Shown: positions 31,305 to 43,956, counted from the first letter of the stretch. The stretch is DNA of 64,000 nucleotides from an uncultured delta proteobacterium (GCA_963745035.1 CAVUVW010000013.1:832001-896000); one strand, 5' to 3'. Notes: generated by a model from the sequence alone, not told the origin. Numbers and translations: made by a program.

Positions 31305-32930
31305 CTAAAATCGCCGCACGAACCCAAACTTTACGTCGGCCTTGCGCACGTCCGTCGGATCCTGCGGATTCACGCCCAGTCCGATGTTGGTTTCGAATTT
31401 TACGCCGCGGCCGATATCTACCTGGAAATCCAAGACGAATTCACCTTTGCGCACGAAGGTTAGTCCTTTAAACAGAACGCCGGTGCCGACAGCTAATTTA
31501 TCAGCCGTATCGCCTTTGAAACCGGCATAGCGGAAACTCGTCTTCAACACGTTTAATCCGAGAGCGTAGCGGGACAGCGCGTCTTGCAGAACTTCAGGCT
31601 CATCCGAATGCAGAATCGCCGCTTGATACAAATGATGCCCGTAGTCCTGAAGATTTTTTCCAACGTCGAGTTCGAGCTTGTCTAGAAATAGCGGAAGATC
31701 ACGAAGCTTCGGCTCCGGCTCGGGCTGGCGCTGAATTAGACCGGAGCGCATGGGATGAACAGGCTGAGAAGTATTCCCAATTGCCGCTGCGTCGCCACCA
31801 CGAGGTTCTGGCGTTGCTTCTGAAGCTTCCGGCGCGCCGACGCCTTGTTGGACAACGTGGGTCAATTCGTGGGCGAGAAGCCGCTGACCGGCGCGGCTGC
31901 GTGGCGCATATTGACCGGCGCCGAAGACGATGTCCTCACCCACCGTGTAAGCGAGCGCGTTGACCGCGTGCGCCGATTGCGCCGCGGCAGCGTCCGCATG
32001 CACGCGCACGCTGCTGAAGTCGTGGCCGAACCGCGCAGCAAAAAAGCGCCGCGTCTCTGCGTCCAGCGGCTCGCCTGGCGACGACAGCACGCCGCTGACA
32101 AGCGGCGCCGCATCCACCGGTCCCGCCGCGCCGAAGCTTGAGGCTCGTTGCACAATTGTCGTCGGACCGCTCGGCCGCGCGCTCCTGCATTCCCGTTTGG
32201 TTAAGACCAGATCTTCTTTCGGACAGGCGTAATCGTAAAAGCACAACGGCGTCGCCGGCGGCGGAGTCCAGGTGTTGATCGGCGCGGTCCCCACCACGAT
32301 GTCGCGCTTCCGCACAATAACGCGAATCACGAGGCCGTCGTCGAAGTGAACGTAACAGCCGTAGTTGCCGTTGGCCCGGGGTGGTTCGCAGTCGATGCTG
32401 GTTACCTTCGCCTGCGACGGCGGCGTCATGTCGTTGCGCACGTAGTGCTCGGCCGCCCGCTTGCTGATGCTCTGCGGATCGTTGAACCAGCTTGGACAGG
32501 GACTTTCTTCCTCTTTGTCCGCGCCGCCTTCGGTTTGCGCAACAGTCTCCGTCGAACCGTCCCCGCTCGGCGTTTCTTCCTGGCGCTGGACATTTTCGGT
32601 GCCGGCCATGCGTCGTTGCACCAGCGCTGTCCCGCCGAAATTCGATGGTTCGGATTGCTGATTCGGCTCCGCCGTCCGCATGACCTGATCCGCCACCCGG
32701 TCCGCTTCTCGCTCGTACGCGTCCCCGGGCTCATTGATGCGCAATTTGGTTTGCAACGGCTGCCCAAGGAGCTTCTTTCGTTCACACTCAGAACAATTCC
32801 CGCTAAGGTCGCTCGGGCCGCCGCAGGGACACTTGCGCCGTAGCAGAGCGCCATGGATCGGCACGAATCGCGAATGCGAGCTCTGCGTCCTTTCCGTTGG
32901 TGACCTGCCTTCGCTTAACCTCATCGACAA
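31305..32930 (-). CDS. DUF4157 (eCIS core) protein with an internal Cys-rich domain and an unknown C-terminal domain
   Basis: Leader RKCPCGG..CSEC, EREADRVADQVMR; core GEPLD..TRRFF..RFGHDFSSVRVH, ALAYTVG, LLAHELTHVVQQ. Confidence 0.88.
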   Translation of the reverse strand: MSMRLSEGRSPTERTQSSHSRFVPIHGALLRRKCPCGGPSDLSGNCSECERKKLLGQPLQTKLRINEPGDAYEREADRVADQVMRTAEPNQQSEPSNFGGTALVQRRMAGTENVQRQEETPSGDGSTETVAQTEGGADKEEESPCPSWFNDPQSISKRAAEHYVRNDMTPPSQAKVTSIDCEPPRANGNYGCYVHFDDGLVIRVIVRKRDIVVGTAPINTWTPPPATPLCFYDYACPKEDLVLTKRECRSARPSGPTTIVQRASSFGAAGPVDAAPLVSGVLSSPGEPLDAETRRFFAARFGHDFSSVRVHADAAAAQSAHAVNALAYTVGEDIVFGAGQYAPRSRAGQRLLAHELTHVVQQGVGAPEASEATPEPRGGDAAAIGNTSQPVHPMRSGLIQRQPEPEPKLRDLPLFLDKLELDVGKNLQDYGHHLYQAAILHSDEPEVLQDALSRYALGLNVLKTSFRYAGFKGDTADKLAVGTGVLFKGLTFVRKGEFVLDFQVDIGRGVKFETNIGLGVNPQDPTDVRKADVKFGFVRRF

Positions 32931-33054
32931 CCCACCCTCCGATAAAAAGTGCGCGTCATGCGTGCATATCCCACAAATCCTTCACCCCTCGAGCCGTGCC
33001 TTAGGATGGGTGCGACTCACAGCCCCCGCTCCTGAAAGCGATAAATATCTGCAA

Positions 33055-34488
33055 CTAAAAAGTGATATCCGAAGTTTGATTACCCGCGATACTCTTCCAC
33101 CGAGTATCCGCATCTCTCAACTCTTTCGTTGCCCCGCATTTCACTGTTGGCACCGCAGGAGTGAAATGAGGCTTGCCTGAGCTATCGATGAAGTAGCCCC
33201 AGAACAGACAGGCCAGTACCTTTTTTGAACCCATCTTGTCCTCACAGACTGCACAAGTTTGAAACGTCTTACCGACATTGATCGCGGTAATGTCATCACC
33301 AGGGGCATCCCACATGATCGCTGGCTTGGTGGCTGATCCGAGAACACTCATGTCTGTCTCACCCCGCGGTGCCGGCGTAAAAAACGGGTCTATGTCCTGA
33401 TTGGGTACGTCCACTCGCCAGCCTCTGGAGGATTCGTTCGGATCGTTCCACCCCGAACGAAGCTGACGCAATGGGTCCAACGGATCAGCTGTGATCAAAC
33501 GAGACGAATGAGGCGGCGGCAATCTCGGGTTCATTTTCGTGTTGCGCACGGTCTGAATCAAATGCAGATGAGTGCACGGACATTGAGAACGATCGTGTTG
33601 AGCCGAAATTTCCAGATATACGCCCCGTTTTTTATTGGCGTCATTGTTAAAATAGGGATATTCCCCCGCAAAGGCCCTGCCAATTTTAAACTCGACATCG
33701 CACCCGCCGGAATCAGTGCTACAGACTGCCGTATAAGTCTGTTCAAGAGTCGTCTGCTGCTGAAATAACGGGGTGCCGTTTTCATCCTTGGATCTCATGC
33801 CCTTAGATACACCTGAGCGCTCTTCGAACATTCCCCGAGTTTGTCTTCGAAGGACTGGTTGCTCGTCCGACAATGCGGCCTGCTGCACGATATGCGTCAG
33901 TTCGTGAGCCAGCAATTGTTTGCCTCGCAAAGTACCTGGCTGGTACTGCCCATCGGCGAAAGCCACATGGTTATCGACGGTATATGCGAACGCCTTCACC
34001 GCTCGCGCCGATTCCGCGGCACGTGAATCCGAATGCACCCGAACACGGCTGAAATCATGTCCGAAGCGTGGCTCGAAAAAGGCACGGGTCGCGGCATCCA
34101 GCGGTTGACCCGGCGAAGAAAGCAGGTCTCCGAAGATCGCTAGCGCGGTGGTGGGCCCAGCAGTGCTCGCGCTCACATCACGTTGCAGGGGTAGGGGCAT
34201 TGGGACCTTTGAAGCAGCCATCTCAGAAGCGGGACCTGCCATCCGCATGACCTGGTCCGCCACCCGGTCCGCTTCTCGCTCGTATTCGTCTCCCGGCTCG
34301 CCGATGCTCAATTTGCCCTGCAGCGGTTTGCCGGTCAGCCGCTTACTCTGACACTCTGAGCACTCGCCGGTCAGATTTGCCGAGCCGCCGCAGCCGCATT
34401 TGCGCTGCAAAATTCTCGGGTGCATCAAAACCGGCGAGCTCGGTGACGCCATGGAATTTTTTTGGGTCTGCAATTGCGTTTCCAACAT
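33055..34488 (-). CDS. DUF4157 protein with an unknown lower-GC C-terminal payload
   Basis: LQRKCGCGG..CSEC, EREADRVADQVMR, RFGHDFSRVRVH, LLAHELTHIVQQ, then a Cys-containing domain after LRRQ. Confidence 0.88.
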   Translation of the reverse strand: MLETQLQTQKNSMASPSSPVLMHPRILQRKCGCGGSANLTGECSECQSKRLTGKPLQGKLSIGEPGDEYEREADRVADQVMRMAGPASEMAASKVPMPLPLQRDVSASTAGPTTALAIFGDLLSSPGQPLDAATRAFFEPRFGHDFSRVRVHSDSRAAESARAVKAFAYTVDNHVAFADGQYQPGTLRGKQLLAHELTHIVQQAALSDEQPVLRRQTRGMFEERSGVSKGMRSKDENGTPLFQQQTTLEQTYTAVCSTDSGGCDVEFKIGRAFAGEYPYFNNDANKKRGVYLEISAQHDRSQCPCTHLHLIQTVRNTKMNPRLPPPHSSRLITADPLDPLRQLRSGWNDPNESSRGWRVDVPNQDIDPFFTPAPRGETDMSVLGSATKPAIMWDAPGDDITAINVGKTFQTCAVCEDKMGSKKVLACLFWGYFIDSSGKPHFTPAVPTVKCGATKELRDADTRWKSIAGNQTSDITF

Positions 34489-34558
34489 TTCACCCGTTGG
34501 CGCCCGTCATGCCGCCACGATCCAAGCTTCGCGCCGCCCGCCAAACCGCCACAAACTC

Positions 34559-35522
34559 TTAGCCATCCGGCGCCGCCTGTTTTGCCGCCGGCGCCTTGTT
34601 CACGGCGACGCGGGTCACATTGATATTTTTCGAACCCGACTTCACCACATCGCGTGTCATCGTGTAGGTGATTATGAAAGCCGGCCCGAAACGTTTGCCG
34701 CCGCAGCTGAAAGATTGCTGGCATTGAACCTCGCAGCTGTCCTTTTTGAGTTCGTGCAGCAGGCTGGCATCTTTGTTTGCGAACACATGCAGGTCGTAAA
34801 ATCTATTTTGCCCTGCAGCCAATTTAGCTTTGCCGAGAAAATTGGATTCCGCGCCGACGACGAATGAGCTGCCGGCCGTGCTCCGCGCCTGATCGCTGCT
34901 GACATTCGAGCAGGCGTTTTTCCCTTTGTCGCCGCAGGTGTTCTTGGTCCTTTTGAGGCTCTCGTGGATTGCCGTGCCGTCCCAAACTTTGCCGCTGGGA
35001 TCGGAAACTTCCATCTCAGCGATACCACCCCAGCCGTTCAGAAAACCGTTCTTGCCAAAATCGACGTCGTTTGCAGGATGGACAGCAGCAACTTGGATGT
35101 CCGACGGGCAAGTTGGGCCACCTTTGCTTCGGCGGCGGGTCCTTTTTAACTGGCGCGGGTTTGGGCGCGTCATCGGGCCCATTGATCACGATCTCTCGAC
35201 GGGCTTCCGGCGACCCGTATTGCTCCCGATACTCAAGAGCGCTGCTGTGACGAAGATGAATCACGCGTCTCGGAACGAACCGGGACACGGCTGAAGTCAT
35301 GCGTAAAACGAGCCTCCGCGCGCTGCCCATGCTCGATAAATGTCTGCGGAACAGTTGACCTTCGGGTATCGCCGAGTTGAGTTGCAGTCTTTTGCTTTGG
35401 CACTCCCCACAAACGCCGCTCATTCCCGGCGCCGCGCCGCAGGCGCATTTGCGCTGCAATAGCCCGGGAGCGGCGTGCGCAGAAAACGCTTGTCCGGTTC
35501 GTATGTGGGATTGAGCGATCAT
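34559..35522 (-). CDS. DUF4157-type leader fused to an unknown payload, without the HExxH core (several frame changes)
   Basis: MIAQSH...LLQRKCACG..CGECQSKRLQ, then RFTHDFSRVPV in a second frame, then a ~190-aa Cys-containing domain (GGPTCPSDIQ...). Confidence 0.6.
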
Positions 35523-35524
35523 CG

Positions 35525-36767
35525 TCAAACCTGCATCGCGTAGCCCGCATAGCTGTCGGGGTTGTTGATCGTGTCGTTGTTCCCCGGCAGAGAGCGAAAA
35601 AGAATTCCCAGCACCGGAATCTTGCCGAGAAAATTCAGTACGCTGCCCCAAAATCCGCCGCCTCTCGGCTTGAGCTTCTTGAAATCTGCTTCGTTGGAGT
35701 AGGCGCGATCGGTCGTCAATAACGCGTTGTGCACCGATTCGTGAATGATGGTTTCGATCTTGAAGTCGGGAGTCGCTGCTTTGTAGGCGGCGGAACAGAC
35801 GTGGAGAGCGCCAAAGCAAGTCCACATCAACCGCCCTCCGGTGCACCAGCGCTTTGACGTGCCACACAGTGTCCAAGAGCTAGGATTACAGTCAAAGCGC
35901 AGCGCGCGCATGTTGGCGCGGATGAATCGATACTTTTGCCGCACGTCGCGGACAAAGCCGTCGTCGATCTCGCCGCTGCCTGCCGGATCGAAGTATTGAT
36001 TGAATGCGGCCTTGTCCGCCGGAACCATTTTCTTCCAACCCGGATCCAGGCTGGTGATGGCGCGATCGAGATGATTCGAGTGCCGGCTGGTGCATCGCTT
36101 TCAGATCATTTTGCAGAGCCGGCTCGCAGTCTTCGGTTTCGGTGCGCGGTTGATTCGCCGGCTGCCGGCGCAAGAACGCCGGAGCTTGGCTGAGTTGCGT
36201 CTGCGCAGCGGTCGGCTCGCCGCTCGTCACCTGCGCCGCTACGCGATCGGCTTCGATCTCCGCGGCATCGTTCGCCGCGCCGATTTCGAGACCCGGCTGC
36301 ACGCTCGCGGCGCTACCGGACTGCTGCACGACGTGCGCCAGCTCATGGGCAAGCAAACGCCGCCCCTCGGTGCTCTCCGGCGCATAACGCCCCGCATCGA
36401 AGGCGATGTGCGCTCCGACGGTGTATGCCTGGGCACCTACCTCCTTGGCGGAGTTGGCTGCGAGGTCGTCCGCATGAATCTGTACTTGGCTAAAATCATG
36501 GCCGAACCGCGCCGCAAAATATTCTCGTGTCGCGGCGTCGAGAGGTCGGCCGGGCGCGCGCAGCACTTCGTGTACGCTTGCCGGCGCCAAGCCCTGGGTT
36601 TTTCTTCCTTGGTGCAAATGATTTTTTTGGCACGCATCGCAGTCCCCGCTCAGGCCGGCAGTCCCGCCGCAGGCGCATTTGCGCTGAAGCAAGGCTGCAT
36701 GAGGCGCCGCCGACACTCGCGCCCCATGTCCGTCGAGTTGATTTGCGCTTTGTCGCTGTAGTTCCAT
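35525..36767 (-). CDS. DUF4157 protein fused to an M35/aspzincin-like metallopeptidase (indel near 36070)
   Basis: LQRKCACGG, RFGHDFSQVQIH, LLAHELAHVVQQ; C-terminal TIIHESVH, TTDRAY and NNPDSYA. Confidence 0.82.
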
Positions 36768-36770
36768 GGA

Positions 36771-37135
36771 TCAGCGCTTCGAGCTCTTCGTTGCGCCGAG
36801 ACTCGGCATGGGTTCGACAAGACTCCGCTGCACGGCCTGCGCGATTTCCCGGCCGATGGCCGGCGCGCCGCTGCTCGCTTCGAGGAAAATTGCGCCGCCG
36901 TCGACCCGCGCGCGCGCGCCCGCGCGCAGCGCCTGCGCCAGCTCGCCGTCGCCGAGCACGGACACGAGCTCGCGCTCCAACGTTCCGGCGAGCATGTTTC
37001 CATCGCGCACGTCGATGCCGCGCAGCACCACCTCGCCGATTTCGAGCGTCACGGCGGGCCGCGCCGGCGCCGGCTCGTCGATGCGCGCGCGGAAATCGTC
37101 TTGCGCCATGCCGCGGCGCGCGCGGCGTCGTAGAT

Positions 37136-37139
<4 letters not shown>
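36771..37139 (-). CDS. Conserved small eCIS-associated hypothetical protein
   Basis: VTLEIGEVVLRG...LERELVSVL...IGREIAQAV; ATGA overlap with the ATPase stop. Confidence 0.65.
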
Positions 37140-39095
<1,956 letters not shown>

Positions 39096-39099
<4 letters not shown>

Positions 39100-40337
39100 G
39101 GTAAAGTCACCGTCGGACCGAAATTGGCGCTCGCCGGGTCGAGATCGACCACGCTTTCCGCGCCGTCGATCTGCAGCCGAACAAAATACTCGCCGGCGGC
39201 GGCGCCCGGGACCGGGATCGTGACGACGTTGGTGTCGGCGAGCCGCGGCGGCAGCAAAAAACTGTACGACGGCGCACTCCCCGCGGCGGTGGAATTGAGC
39301 AGCAGCACGACGCGCTGTTCCTTGCCGACGGTCAAATCGACGGTGAGCTCCAAGGCCGGCAACGGCGGCCCGCCCTGCGGGTCCGGAGCGTTCGTTTTCA
39401 CGATCGGCAAGTTGATCTGCGGCCGCAGGACAAACGTCGCGACGTTGGACTCGAATCCGCGGTGGGGCGTCCCGGGCGGCGGGCTGCCCAGCAGGAGCTT
39501 GTGAATAACCTGGAGCGCGCGCGCTCCAGCTTGTAAATCGCCGGGCACCGGCAAAGTAATGCGCGTTGCGCCCACCGACGCAGGCGCGCGCTCGATGCCT
39601 CCGAGCAAAACTGTCGTCACGTCGCCCTGCAGTTGCTTGCCGTCGATCTGCAAGGTGCTCGTGGCGAAAATCGGCGCCGTCTCGCCCGCGGTCGAGCTTA
39701 CCTTGTCGATCACCGGCTGGCGAAACGGCATGACGTAGAGATTGCGCGTCTGCACCGGCAGCGCCGGCTGCGCCGTCTCGTCGGTTTCGATCAATACCGC
39801 GCTTCCCTGGTACGCCACGGAGAGGACATAGGGCGATTGAAAAAAAATCGACCAGACTTTGGACAACTCCTCGAGCGACAGTCCCAGCGGCGTGAAGCGC
39901 ACCAAATCGAGTTGATCGGCCAGGTTCGAGGTCGCCAGCAAGGTGTCGAACGGCGGGTTGGCCAAGGTTTGGACGATGTCTTGATGGGTCAACAGCGGCT
40001 TGGCGTGGAGCTGGCGCACCAGAGCGCCGAGCAGGCGCTGGGGCTCGAGATTGTTCTCGTCGCCGTAGAAGCTGAATAGATAATGCAAGGTGAGCGCCGC
40101 TTGCGGCCGCTGGACGACTTGACCGTTGGACCGGCGGGTCGGCAAATCGGCGTTGCGATAAGCGCCGTTCGGCATCACCTGATAGAGAAATATATTGATG
40201 GCCGGATCGCGTGCCGCCGGCGCTGCTCCGTCGGGTCGCGCCGTGCTGACCTTCGCACCCGGCACCGCCGCGGCCGCGCTCGAGAGCACATGCTGCAGCG
40301 CGCCGGTCACGGTTGCGACGGCGAGATAATTGCTCAT
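39096..40337 (-). CDS. DUF4255/Pvc16-type tail terminator (cap) with C-terminal Ig-like domains
   Basis: MSNYLAVATVT..L, INIFLYQV..N..YRNADLP, LTLHYL, LSLEELSKVWS, SVAYQGSAVLIE. Confidence 0.88.
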
Positions 40338-40954
40338 CGCCGCCCCTCGTTGCGCTCGCGCAGATATTGTTCGAGAGAAAGCCGCGCCGCGGCGCGCCGC
40401 TCCGGCACGCTCGGGCGGGGCGCGGGCGCCGTAACCGCGCGGACTTCGACCCGGCCGATGCTCACGTGGATCGCCGGCGACACTGCCGTGAAGCGTTCGA
40501 AACCACGCGACTCGCTCTGCCCGCCCCGCTGGGGCGCGGGCGGCGCAATGACCGGCTCGTGGCGTGCGAACAGACTCGCAACTTCGGTGGCGGCGGGATT
40601 TTTTCCGACCTTAGCGGCGCCGTCACCGGCCCGCGAAATCTCCTCCGCCGCTAAGGACGCCGGCGACTGCGCGCGCGGCGAACCGTCGGCAGGAACGGCC
40701 AAATCCGAAGTCCGCGAAGTTTGCTGTTCCACGTTCGCTGCCTCGCCGCGGCGTTCAACCTGCGCACGCTCCGCTCCGAAGGGATCGTCCGGTCGCCCGA
40801 AGGGGCGTAAACCAATCTCCTCGCGCGCGGCGGCGGTCGGCGCGCCGGCGCCTTCTTTTTCCGGAGCTGCTGCGACAAGCGGCGCGAAATCGGGACGCGC
40901 GACCGGTCCCACGCCCAAAGTTCGTTCGGCAAGCCTGGTGAAAAAATCGCTCAT
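40334..40954 (-). CDS. Low-complexity eCIS-associated hypothetical protein
   Basis: MSDFFTRLAERTLG; Ala/Pro/Glu-rich middle; C-terminal IHVSIGRVEVRA...LSLEQYL; ATGA overlaps on both sides. Confidence 0.7.
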   Translation of the reverse strand: MSDFFTRLAERTLGVGPVARPDFAPLVAAAPEKEGAGAPTAAAREEIGLRPFGRPDDPFGAERAQVERRGEAANVEQQTSRTSDLAVPADGSPRAQSPASLAAEEISRAGDGAAKVGKNPAATEVASLFARHEPVIAPPAPQRGGQSESRGFERFTAVSPAIHVSIGRVEVRAVTAPAPRPSVPERRAAARLSLEQYLRERNEGRR

Positions 40955-41691
40955 CCTTCCACCCTGTCGAGATAAAAGCGCCGGCGCGCCGGGCTCATGG
41001 CCAAAATATCCGCCTCGCGCCAGCCGTAAGCCCACGCGAGCGTATGGACTTCGTACAGATAGCGCTTTGCCAGCAGACTCACTTCGCTCCATAGAAATGA
41101 TGCGACGTCGAAAGCCAAATCCCAGGAATGAGCGCACGCGGCGCATTGGAGAGCAAAGGAAATGTCCGCGCAATTTTCCGATGCGCCGAGAGTGGACGAG
41201 AGCTCATCGAGCGCCTGCGCGGAAATCTCGGCGAGCGCCAGCGGTGCGTCGCCGCACCTGGCTTCGAGCACACAGCGCTCGAGCAGCAGGCTCCGCGCCG
41301 CCGCGGCATCGGCGCAGTGCGCGACCACCGCGAGGTCGGCGCTGTCCGGCGCGCGAAACGTGAGGCGCACGTCGCCGCAGACGAGCTCGCGCCGGCTCGG
41401 AGGGGCGCTTTCCCCGGTGCGCGTCAGCAGCTCACCTACGTCGGCGCGGAACTCGAGGCGCTCCTGGCAGCGCGGGCACTCGGCGTAGCAATAGAGCGCC
41501 GGCCCGAACAGCGCTTCGCGCAACTCGAGCAGGCAGGCATCACGCCGGCCCACCGGCAACGCGGCGAGCTCGGCAAAAGTCATTTCAGGATAAGCCGCAG
41601 CGAGCAGAGTCAGCGCCCGGTCCACCGGACGGTGCGAGACTCCCGCTTCCCACGCGCCTATAACTTGTGCAGCACTTGGTGGATGCATCAT
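40951..41691 (-). CDS. Phage baseplate protein-like / tail assembly factor with CxxC motifs
   Basis: LPVGRRDACLL.LR...FG, CPRC, CAAC, EVHTLAWAYGWREADILAMSPARRRFYL. Confidence 0.72.
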   Translation of the reverse strand: MMHPPSAAQVIGAWEAGVSHRPVDRALTLLAAAYPEMTFAELAALPVGRRDACLLELREALFGPALYCYAECPRCQERLEFRADVGELLTRTGESAPPSRRELVCGDVRLTFRAPDSADLAVVAHCADAAAARSLLLERCVLEARCGDAPLALAEISAQALDELSSTLGASENCADISFALQCAACAHSWDLAFDVASFLWSEVSLLAKRYLYEVHTLAWAYGWREADILAMSPARRRFYLDRVEG

Positions 41692-41700
41692 GGACCTCGA

Positions 41701-42226
41701 TTATGCCGGCACGGTGAAGCTCGGCTCGGTCGGCTCGGGCACCTCGTTGTCGCGCAGCCAACCTTCGTTTTCGAGCTTGATCGACTGAATCGCCACGGCG
41801 TTGGCATTGGCGTCCAAGATCCGGCTGGGCCTGGAACTCGGACACCCAGCAGCGAAACACCTTGTAGGCGATCGCGAGCTGGCCGGCTTCGTTGTACATC
41901 TCGATGATGATGTCCTTGCGGAAATCCTTGAGCGAAACTTCCGCGCCCAAGCCAGCGCCGAAGTTCCAAACCTTATTCGCCCAGAGCTCGAACTCTTTGT
42001 CGTGGGTCACGCCCCGTTCCAGCGTGATCGCTTCGTATTTGGTCCGGCCCGGCGACTTTCGCCCGGTGCTCGGGTCGCCGCCCTCGCGGTGCTCGACCAC
42101 TTCGGTGGTGCGCTTGAGCGCGCCGACCTTGTGCACTCCGGCGACGTATTTGCCGTCCCACTTGACCCGGAACTTAAAGTTTTTGTACGGGTCGAAGCGC
42201 TGCGCATTGACGCTGAATTGAGCCAT
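41701..42226 (-). CDS. Tail tube protein (T4 gp19-like; indel near 41817)
   Basis: RFDPYKNFKFRVKWDG, VVEHREGGD, PGRTKYEAITLERGVT, FRKDIII; the corrected end reads DANANAVAIQSIKLENEGW...TVPA-stop. Confidence 0.93.
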
Positions 42227-42250
42227 GACCTATCTCCTTGATTTAGACCT

Positions 42251-42308
42251 GAGGGGCGACCGCCGGTCGCCCCTACATTCTTTGTGTTCTTTGCGCCTCT
42301 GCGGTTAA
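42251..42308. repeat. GTAG-type REP hairpin plus half of a CTCTGCGGT repeat
   Basis: ggggcgaccgccggtcgcccctac followed by tttgcgcctctgcggtta. Confidence 0.6.
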
Positions 42309-42320
42309 TTCGGATTTTCG

Positions 42321-43956
42321 CTATGCCTCGATCTGTCCGGCGATCTGCTGGATCTTGATGACCACGAACTCGGCCGGTTTGAGCGGCGCGAAGCCGACGA
42401 CGATGTTGACCACGCCGCGGTTGATGTCGTCCTGGGTCGTGGTCTCGCGGTCGCATTTGACGAAGTAGGCTTCCTGCGGCGTCTTGCCCTGAAACGCGCC
42501 CTGGCGAAACAGGTTGTGCATGAACGCGCCGATGTTCAGGCGGATCTGCGCCCAGAGCGGCTCGTCATTGGGCTCGAACACCACCCACTGGGTGCCGCGA
42601 TACAGACTTTCTTCAAGGAATAGCGTCGTCCGTCGTACCGGCACGTATTTCCATTGCGACGCCAGCACGTCCGAGCCTTCGAGAGTGCGCGCGCCCCAGA
42701 CCACATGGCCCACCGCCGGAAAGCTGCGCAGGCAATTGATGCCGAGCGGATTGAAATCGCCGTTCTCTTTATCATTGAGCGCGATCGCCACGCCGGCCAC
42801 CGAAGTGCCGGCGACGCCGCGCAAGCTCGCTTCGAGACCGGCCGGCGCCTTCCACACGCCGCGCTCGGCGTCAGTGCGGCTCATGACGCCGGCGACGATG
42901 CCGCAGGGCGCGAAGTCGTCGAGGCTGCCCTCCTGCAACGGATCGGGAATCTTGACCGTGGGGAAGTACAGCGCCGCGTTTTTGCGTACGATGCCGCTGA
43001 AGTCACCGACCTTTTTCGCCGGATAGTTGGCGCTGGAGGAATCGAGCACCCAGCCGCGCGGCGCATCGACGATCAACAAGGCGCGCCGGTCTTCGCAGAG
43101 CTTGGCGGCCTTCTCCAAGGTCCCGGCGATCGGTACGTCGACCACCGTATTGGGCACGGTGCTCGGCGCGGTAACGATGGTGAGCGGTGGGATACACATC
43201 AAATTGAAAATATCGGCCTTGAGCAGCGCGTAGATGCCGGTTTTCGCGGTTTCACTGCCCTCGATCTCCGCGGCAGCCGCCGCCGGCGTGGTCGCCGCGA
43301 CGCCGTCGTTGCCGCCGGTCGCGGTCGCGGGAACGGTCGTTTCAGCGGGCCGCGCGGTGCCGGCCGAAACCAGACGAACCAAGGTCGACTGTTCTTCCAA
43401 GATCTTGCCGACATAGCGCCCGCTGTTGGGATCCCGCGAGACATTGAGAAAAACTTCTCGCGCGCCGCTGCCGCCGCGCTTGGCGCCGTCAAGAAACTTC
43501 GCCGCATCGTCGAGAACCGTTAGATTGAAAAGATTGTCGTCCGGCGGCGGCGTGACGCTGGTCGCGTCCTTGGTCTTGTGATCCACCGTGGCGACTAGAT
43601 TGCGCCCCCAGGTGCCCGGGCTTGAGGCGCGCAGCATATTGGTGCCGCCGAGATCGATCTGCGCCGGTGCTGCGGCGTCGCCGCCGCTGCGCGCCGCCAC
43701 CCGCACCACCAGCGCCTGGCTGCCGCCGTTGGTGAAATACTGCCGCACCGCATAGCTCATCATGCTGGCGCGCCACAGGCCGCCGAAGATGCGCTCGTAG
43801 TCGGCCGCGCTATTGATTTTCACCGGCTCGTCCATCGGCCCCTTCCAGGCGCGGCCGATAAATGCCGTGATCGCCGTCGGCACGCCGGTGATCGTGCGCA
43901 CGCCGCTCGGTAATCTCCTCGATGTAAACGCCCGGATAACTCAGTGCTGCCGGCAT
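42321..43956 (-). CDS. Tail sheath protein (indel near 43910)
   Basis: GAGGAGG RBS, then MPAALSYPGVYIEEI; RGVWKAPAG, NPLGINCLRSFP, VWGARTL, WKYVPVRR, WVVFEPND, GFAPLKPAEFVVI. Confidence 0.95.
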
